The translations under genes and the position numbers were made by a program. A stretch of 64,000 nucleotides of DNA. It comes from Patescibacteria group bacterium. GTDB taxonomy: Bacteria; Patescibacteriota; Kazan-3B-28. The stretch spans positions 27,668 through 91,667 of the forward strand of contig JAWKSK010000001.1 of the NCBI GenBank assembly GCA_041389145.1, in the 5' to 3' direction. This document shows positions 58,466 to 64,000 of this stretch, one piece after another (within the stretch, counting starts at the first letter, position 1; each line of letters opens with the position of its first letter). Below the pieces are notes generated by a model. That model saw nothing but the letters and a program-made list of their open reading frames with translations, was not told where the DNA came from and did no database searches.

Positions 58466-61132
58466 TTAGAGACTGCCACAGAACAGCTTTGCATCGTAGG
58501 TTGCTGACGCCCCGTCCCAGTCCAGGACCGTGTCCATGTAGGAAAGCTTACCGCCGGCACTGCTAAGGACTGACCTGTAACCAAGAGCAGTTACAGGAAT
58601 TGACCTGCTAAGGTCGGTTAGCTTCCATACACCTTCACTCGTCGTAGCATCAATGAAGTTCTGCTCAGCATTCTCTGTGTCGACTCCAGTCACGTGACCG
58701 GTGCTAAGACAGTAGACATACCAAGGAGCAGAGCCTGATGCGCGAACAGCGTAGGTGAGGATGGGAATATCGGAGCCTCCGACTGATGCCACTTCCATCC
58801 CAGGATACCCGTACTGTGGGCCACTGGTAGCAGTAAGGTTGATGGTTGTCCATTCGCCTACTGTTGGATTGGAGTTGGCTGAGTAGGAGAACTGAAGCCG
58901 TTGATTCTGTGCTGAGAAAAGCCACAGTAGATCATTACCCACAGCAAGCCTCGTAGAACCACTTATGCCCGTTGGGACAGTAATGGTCCAGTTGCCACTT
59001 CCCGAAGGGTTAGCGGTGTTGGCGCAGGCCACCGAGAGCTCCCCGCCTACCATGTAGGAAAGACGGGGTTCGTAGGTGCTCAGGGCATTGAGACACAGAA
59101 GACCCACCGAGCCAGATGCAGTGATAACCGTATGGCTTCCACCACCTACCTCATAGTATTTCAGGTCCGCATTGCCTGTTCCAGAGCTGTAGATGATGGT
59201 AACGGTTCCGTTGATGACCTTGATATCAGTTGCATTGCCGGGCTGGTATACCAGGTTCTCACCTGAGTAGCTGCAACCTTCAATCAGAGTTTCTGAAATC
59301 GATCCATCACTGGTGTCGTAGGCGTACAGTCTCAGACCCTCGCTAGCACTACCTGTATTGGTTGACAGGAAGTACAGGGTGCCACTATCAAATGTAGCGG
59401 CAACGAGAGTACCAGTATCAAGCGTTACATTGTCATCAGCAGTACTTGAACCGTTCGTCCAGGCATAGACGTCATAGTTGGTCTCATCGCTAACGACCAT
59501 ATAGACGTTGTTACTGGAATCATTGGCTTGAATACTGTTGATGTGACCCGTAACCGATCCTGCATCCGCAAGCGGAGCAATGAACAGGTTACAGTACGCC
59601 CACTGGCTTTCTGAACTAAACACCTCAGAGTCGTTCGGGTTGGTATAGTTCGCAACCAGCTTGTAGACCAGGTGTGGATCAGTAACCGCAGACACATCAT
59701 GAGTGTATGTGGCAACGTCGCCAACGTTAACGTCAACCCATGTTGCACCGCCATCATCTGAGATCTTCAGGGTATAGGCGTCAACAGGCTGTAGACTCTT
59801 GACCCAGGCCACTACGACTTGCTGGTTTGCATCGTCATAGACCGCGGTAATGCTAGTAGCAGGCAGTAGACTGTCCTGGTGTGCAGGCTGATCCGTCTCT
59901 ACCCACACGCTAAGCCCATCATTGTTCAGGCCTTGTACGTAGTAGTGAGTAGTACCGGCCTTAGGTGGCACAGACTGGAGAGCAACGTTGTCGATGCTAT
60001 CCATGTACTGTTCCACTTCAGCTGCCTTACCTCCAATGAAAGTGCTATCCCCCTTGACATAGGTCTTGGTGTTCGGATTAGCATCCAGATCGAAGTCCCA
60101 TTCCACAAGGGTCGATGGACCCTCATAGACCTCAGCGCTGGCAGATGCTGACTTAACAGCAGTTGATCGAACATTGAACATATATCCGCCGGTTCCGCCG
60201 AAGTAGGGTAGGTCCTGATACCTAGGAACGACTGTGAAGCGAAGCGCTTGGTCAATGCTTTCACCATCAACTATCTGGTCCTTGATAATCGCAGTGTCAT
60301 TGGTTACTAGCCAGTAGCGACCAACCGCACCGAACATCATAGGCGAAAACCGTCGCTGGTTCCCCACCCAACCTTCCAGTTCTTCAAGAGTAGCAGGAGG
60401 TTGGATGAAGGGATCATTGAGTTTCACGGTATACTCAGATCCCGCAGTAAATACCTCGCTGATTCTCTTAGGAGGCACAAAATCGTTGACCGATTTTGTG
60501 CTTCCAAGATATACCCACTCGGTGATACCGGAGGCTGACTTGCCGGAAGACCCGAACCAGTCAACGCGTAGGGTCTGGAAGTTGGAAACTCCAAGATAAG
60601 CAACACCTACTCCGCCGACCTCGAAACTCACATCAATGGCGCCGTTGGCACCCCAGGGCGAGTTATATGCTCGCATGATATAAGTCGGATCGGAGGAAAG
60701 TGGTCCTGACTCCATAGGACTTGCCCATACGCTATTGATGAAGCTGGATGTGCCCTTGCTGACTAGCCTGGCGACTTCCTCTGCTTCATAGATCTCGTAG
60801 GCATCCTGGTCGCTCATAGAGCTCACGGTACGGTAGTCGTCCGGGTTGAAACTCGGTCGACCTTGATCGTTGAGGCCGTTGTTGGCCATCAGATTACCAG
60901 GGTCGTAAAGATGGTTCTTCATCTCCCTGTAACTCAGATTTGCGAGCCCTTCGTAAAGACCATCGTCAATCTGAGGCGAAGTTGACTGCTGGCCTTCGCT
61001 GCCAGTCATCTGAGGTGTGAGTTCCGTGCTGATGCCAGTGGGAGAACCACCGCCACCGCAGGAAGCCAGTCCCAGGATCACGAACAGAACCAGAGTCTTG
61101 AGACTCCAATTCTGAATCCAATTGCGTGTCAT
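58466..61132 (-). CDS. Large surface lipoprotein, hypothetical (GC-richest unit)
   Basis: 888 aa from the ATG at 61132, 8 nt after GGAGG. Lipobox LGLASCGGGG. Beta-rich repetitive sequence. Confidence 0.8.
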   Translation of the reverse strand: MTRNWIQNWSLKTLVLFVILGLASCGGGGSPTGISTELTPQMTGSEGQQSTSPQIDDGLYEGLANLSYREMKNHLYDPGNLMANNGLNDQGRPSFNPDDYRTVSSMSDQDAYEIYEAEEVARLVSKGTSSFINSVWASPMESGPLSSDPTYIMRAYNSPWGANGAIDVSFEVGGVGVAYLGVSNFQTLRVDWFGSSGKSASGITEWVYLGSTKSVNDFVPPKRISEVFTAGSEYTVKLNDPFIQPPATLEELEGWVGNQRRFSPMMFGAVGRYWLVTNDTAIIKDQIVDGESIDQALRFTVVPRYQDLPYFGGTGGYMFNVRSTAVKSASASAEVYEGPSTLVEWDFDLDANPNTKTYVKGDSTFIGGKAAEVEQYMDSIDNVALQSVPPKAGTTHYYVQGLNNDGLSVWVETDQPAHQDSLLPATSITAVYDDANQQVVVAWVKSLQPVDAYTLKISDDGGATWVDVNVGDVATYTHDVSAVTDPHLVYKLVANYTNPNDSEVFSSESQWAYCNLFIAPLADAGSVTGHINSIQANDSSNNVYMVVSDETNYDVYAWTNGSSTADDNVTLDTGTLVAATFDSGTLYFLSTNTGSASEGLRLYAYDTSDGSISETLIEGCSYSGENLVYQPGNATDIKVINGTVTIIYSSGTGNADLKYYEVGGGSHTVITASGSVGLLCLNALSTYEPRLSYMVGGELSVACANTANPSGSGNWTITVPTGISGSTRLAVGNDLLWLFSAQNQRLQFSYSANSNPTVGEWTTINLTATSGPQYGYPGMEVASVGGSDIPILTYAVRASGSAPWYVYCLSTGHVTGVDTENAEQNFIDATTSEGVWKLTDLSRSIPVTALGYRSVLSSAGGKLSYMDTVLDWDGASATYDAKLFCGSL

Positions 61133-61236
61133 AGACACACCTCCTGTACAGGTATTGATTGTAAGTACTTACATCCTCGAAAACTTCCATGTTCTCAAGG
61201 TTCGCATCTGCTTTTAAGGCAGACTTATACACTACT

Positions 61237-61278
61237 TTTATATCACAAAAGAGCAAATTTGTCAAGTAATTTGCTCTC
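61237..61278 (-). promoter_or_regulatory. Combined terminator and promoter: the terminator of 61295+ carries the -35 of the next gene in its loop
   Basis: Minus strand AGAGCAAATT-acTTGACA-AATTTGCTCT followed by TTTGTG. TTGACA-N17-TATAAA reads into 58466-61132. Confidence 0.6.
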
Positions 61279-61294
61279 AGATTGATAAATTAAA

Positions 61295-64000
61295 TTATTC
61301 TTCCACATGAGGTTCTTCGGCAGGAGGTGCTTCTTCCTCTCCTTCATCTGGCCCACCTTCAACTATGGTTTCCTCTTCGGCTGGTAGTTCTTCAGTTATT
61401 TCTTCCTCTACTGGGGGTTCTTCAGTAATTTCCTCTTCTGTTGGTGGAGTTTCTTCCTCGGGTATTTCTTCTATGCTTTCTTCTTCTGTAGGAGTTTCCT
61501 CAACTACGGGCTCATCCTCGATAATAATTTCTGGTTCTTCATCGACTGGTTCGTCTTCTATCACGATTTCTGGTTGCTTTTGAATTACAGGGTCTTTGAC
61601 TTTAACGTTTACCTCTAGAGTAGTTCCATCTGAGATGAAAACCTTAGCACCCTTAGCAGAGAAAGCATGCCAGTTGAATTGCATTGGTACATTTTGGGCT
61701 ACATCTAATCTGATTTCAAAGCCTTTTGTGGATTCGTTAAAGACAGCGTATGGAACTTGATGACTAAGTGCGGTGATACCGCGTGGGGTTACTGTCACGA
61801 TTGGTTGGTATTTGTATTCTTGATCGAAGGTAACTTCAACAGTGTCGTCTCCTGGCAAGATACTTACTTGTCCAACGTTGTCGGAAGTAAACTCACCAGT
61901 GCCAATTACATTTACGTTGCCGGTGCTAGGTGCACTAATAATAGACACATTATTATTGCCTTGTACTGGGGCTGGAACATTAAGGCTCGTCATAATGTTG
62001 TCTATCAGAACCTGCTGTTCTTGAATAGCCTTGGTAAGTAGAACTGAAAGTAGCTTGTAGCGAACACCTTCAACCTGACCATCCTTAAAGAAGGCAAGTT
62101 CAGGTGCAACTTCTGCTACTTCTTCTGCAATGAAACCGAAGTCCTGTTCACCAGTGTTCTTCCAGGTGAAGGTATGTGGTTGGAGTTTATTAAGATCAGC
62201 TAGTGAGAAGGTAAGTCCACCAACGTCTGTCTTGTATCTAATGCTTGAATTGTTGGCATCGGCATAGGATGTTCCAACAAATATCATGATTTCATCTGAT
62301 GGGTTATCTGGATCCCATTCTTGCAACGCTCTACCAATAGTTTGGCCTGGTTGGGTTGCTTTCATGGCACGTCCAGGTTGAGTTGAGGTGGTGAGCAAGT
62401 CTCCTGGTTCGATTGGGAAGGAATTGGTTGCGATTTTTACCAATACACGACCAACAAGTGCAACCGGCATTGGATTGTCTTCTTCTTCAATATTTAAACC
62501 GATAACAGAACCATCGTCTGTGTTGCGTGATACTACACCAATCACCTTACCATCATAAGCAATTTCTGACCGGACAAGCTGCTTGATAACATCGCCATCC
62601 TTGGTGGTTACATTCTGAGTTCCAATGGATACTAATTCACCGGCTTCAATACCTTCTGCTAGTGGATACATTTCGGCGTAGTCAGCTCCACCTGATGAAC
62701 AGTCACCAATTGCAACGTCGGTCTGGGTTGCGCCATCCGATCCATTGAAACATAGTCTTTGACCATACTGAGTGGTTGATGAAATAAATATTTGACCAGG
62801 AGTTCCATCTCCTCCACCACCAGAACCACCTGCACCTGGCTGTAGGTATATGTTTCCACCATTTCCTCCTGAACCACCACTAGAAGCACCACCATCTCCA
62901 CCTACGATGGAGAGTGTACCTCCAACACCTCCTCGGTCTGCACCTGAACCACCAGTTCCACTTGTAACGGTAAATGCCCCACCTGTACCTCCCCAGTTCT
63001 GACTTGTTGCAACAGATGTTGAATCACCCCCTGAACCACTGGTAACGGTTACAGCACCACCTGCACCACCTGCAAAGACGCTTGTTGCGCCTCCGCTTGA
63101 ACTTGTGTTATCTCCTCCGGCACCTGTTGTGATCGTGAGCAAAGCGCCAGCCGAACAAGCTGCGCTATCACTTCCAATCGCAGATGCAGTACAGGATAAT
63201 CCTTTTTGACCGGTTGCATCAATAACAGGAGTACCTACACCTGAAGTTGATGCTGATAAGTTTACAATCATTAGATTTGCAGTTGGAGCTGCAGTACCAA
63301 TACCGACAAGTCCGTTAGGCACTACTAATCCATAGTTATTAGTAGCTCCACTTGCGCTAAAGTAACCAGCAATGTTTGTTGAAGTGGTCCCGGTATTGGT
63401 AACGGTTACGTAAGTACCATATGCAGTATGTGATGCATTTGAGTTGGTACCAGATCTGGTAATTTGTTGAAGGATTGAACTCGAGGACGTACTACCTGCT
63501 GTTGATGTGCTGGTGATATTTACAAGCCCATTGGTGGTACCATTACCGGTCCAGGTGTTTCCTGAAGTTGCGATATCTGCTAGGCGACCTGTGGTGACGG
63601 AGTCTGAAATCAGGTAGAGGCCAGTACCGGTAGTGATATCCCCCGCATCTACAACAAAGGCAGAGGTGGTAGTGGTACCTGTTGCTACGGTAGAGGTCAG
63701 GGTAATACCACCAGTGCCTCCATTGATTGCAGTAGATGAGGATGAAGTAGCAGCACCGATTCGTAATGTTTTGACCGCGGAACCGTTGGTGGTATATCCC
63801 AAATCGATACTCTGAGATGAGCTACTACCAACGGTAATGGTTGCAGTACCGGCATGAAGGGTAATTGCCTGGTTAATTGAGTTGTTAACCGACAAGGCAC
63901 CTCTAACATTCAGGGTGTCAGCTCCGTTGGTGTCACCAATATTGATTGTATCTCCGTCGGTTGCAGTTCCAATGTTGATTGTGTCACAGCTAGCAGATGC
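61295..64000 (-). CDS. Tail-fibre-like surface protein with Gly-rich repeats, a Peptidase_S74 (intramolecular chaperone) domain and an acidic E/P-rich tail; 5' end is outside the window
   Basis: The ORF is open to 64000 (..DTINIGDTNGADTLNVRGALSVNN..). SSIRYKTDVGGL..FGFIAEEVAEVAPELA..VRYKLLSVLLTKAIQE (S74 pattern). C-terminal EEPEIIIEDEPVVEE.. repeats. Confidence 0.8.
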   Translation of the reverse strand, partial: ASASCDTINIGTATDGDTINIGDTNGADTLNVRGALSVNNSINQAITLHAGTATITVGSSSSQSIDLGYTTNGSAVKTLRIGAATSSSSTAINGGTGGITLTSTVATGTTTTSAFVVDAGDITTGTGLYLISDSVTTGRLADIATSGNTWTGNGTTNGLVNITSTSTAGSTSSSSILQQITRSGTNSNASHTAYGTYVTVTNTGTTSTNIAGYFSASGATNNYGLVVPNGLVGIGTAAPTANLMIVNLSASTSGVGTPVIDATGQKGLSCTASAIGSDSAACSAGALLTITTGAGGDNTSSSGGATSVFAGGAGGAVTVTSGSGGDSTSVATSQNWGGTGGAFTVTSGTGGSGADRGGVGGTLSIVGGDGGASSGGSGGNGGNIYLQPGAGGSGGGGDGTPGQIFISSTTQYGQRLCFNGSDGATQTDVAIGDCSSGGADYAEMYPLAEGIEAGELVSIGTQNVTTKDGDVIKQLVRSEIAYDGKVIGVVSRNTDDGSVIGLNIEEEDNPMPVALVGRVLVKIATNSFPIEPGDLLTTSTQPGRAMKATQPGQTIGRALQEWDPDNPSDEIMIFVGTSYADANNSSIRYKTDVGGLTFSLADLNKLQPHTFTWKNTGEQDFGFIAEEVAEVAPELAFFKDGQVEGVRYKLLSVLLTKAIQEQQVLIDNIMTSLNVPAPVQGNNNVSIISAPSTGNVNVIGTGEFTSDNVGQVSILPGDDTVEVTFDQEYKYQPIVTVTPRGITALSHQVPYAVFNESTKGFEIRLDVAQNVPMQFNWHAFSAKGAKVFISDGTTLEVNVKVKDPVIQKQPEIVIEDEPVDEEPEIIIEDEPVVEETPTEEESIEEIPEEETPPTEEEITEEPPVEEEITEELPAEEETIVEGGPDEGEEEAPPAEEPHVEE

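Noticed and set aside
61300-61560. Periodic GAAGA/GGTTC-rich DNA as a non-coding tandem repeat.
   Set aside because: It is in frame with, and forms the E/P-rich C-terminal tail of, the 61295+ ORF. This is coding low-complexity sequence.
58466-64000. Prophage interpretation of the S74 tail-fibre-like gene and its neighbour.
   Set aside because: No capsid, terminase, portal, integrase or lysis genes are nearby. The flanking genes are cellular (LytR_C protein, cdaA cluster). A cellular adhesin built from fibre-like modules is more parsimonious.

Overview
The window is a gene-dense, mostly minus-strand stretch of a small AT-leaning bacterial genome using the standard genetic code. Gene content suggests a reduced Patescibacteria/CPR-like organism, but that is inference only. 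The housekeeping backbone includes a complete F1Fo ATP synthase operon (atpZ-like, B, E, F, H, A, an extra ORF, G, D, C). It also carries gltX, three glycosyltransferases plus a WecB/TagA enzyme, glyA, pyrG, alr, gyrB, pheST, cdaA with a YbbR-domain partner, rpmA, a DEAD-box helicase, an ABC exporter, a cation/H+ antiporter, a Na/Pi cotransporter, a sortase, tRNA-Gln(CTG) and tRNA-Leu(CAA). Four things stand out. (1) About 13 GC-richer single-gene units lie between backbone operons, most with their own TTGACA-N17/18 promoter and/or a strong SD and a GC-stem terminator. Five of them form a tandem array at 26.5-30.05 kb, whose spacers carry a conserved 27-bp imperfect palindrome; a truncated copy of the repeat sits at the gltX boundary. 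(2) A roughly 430-nt ORF-free, helix-rich region (15455-15881, minus strand) has an extended -10 promoter and an intrinsic terminator, so it is a candidate unclassified structured RNA. (3) Three decayed genes lie in the first 17 kb: a GIY-YIG/helicase/MTase-like defence-type enzyme, dus, and an M23 peptidase. (4) Smaller oddities include an extra ORF translationally coupled inside the atp operon, a GIY-YIG + DUF45 fusion, a two-mini-ORF unit upstream of rpmA, an orphan PurO-like gene, a DinG-like protein with a dead Walker A, and large surface proteins (a lipoprotein, a dockerin lipoprotein and an S74 tail-fibre-like protein). No CRISPR array, rRNA, transposase or integrase was seen. All homology calls come from motif recognition by eye; no database search was run.
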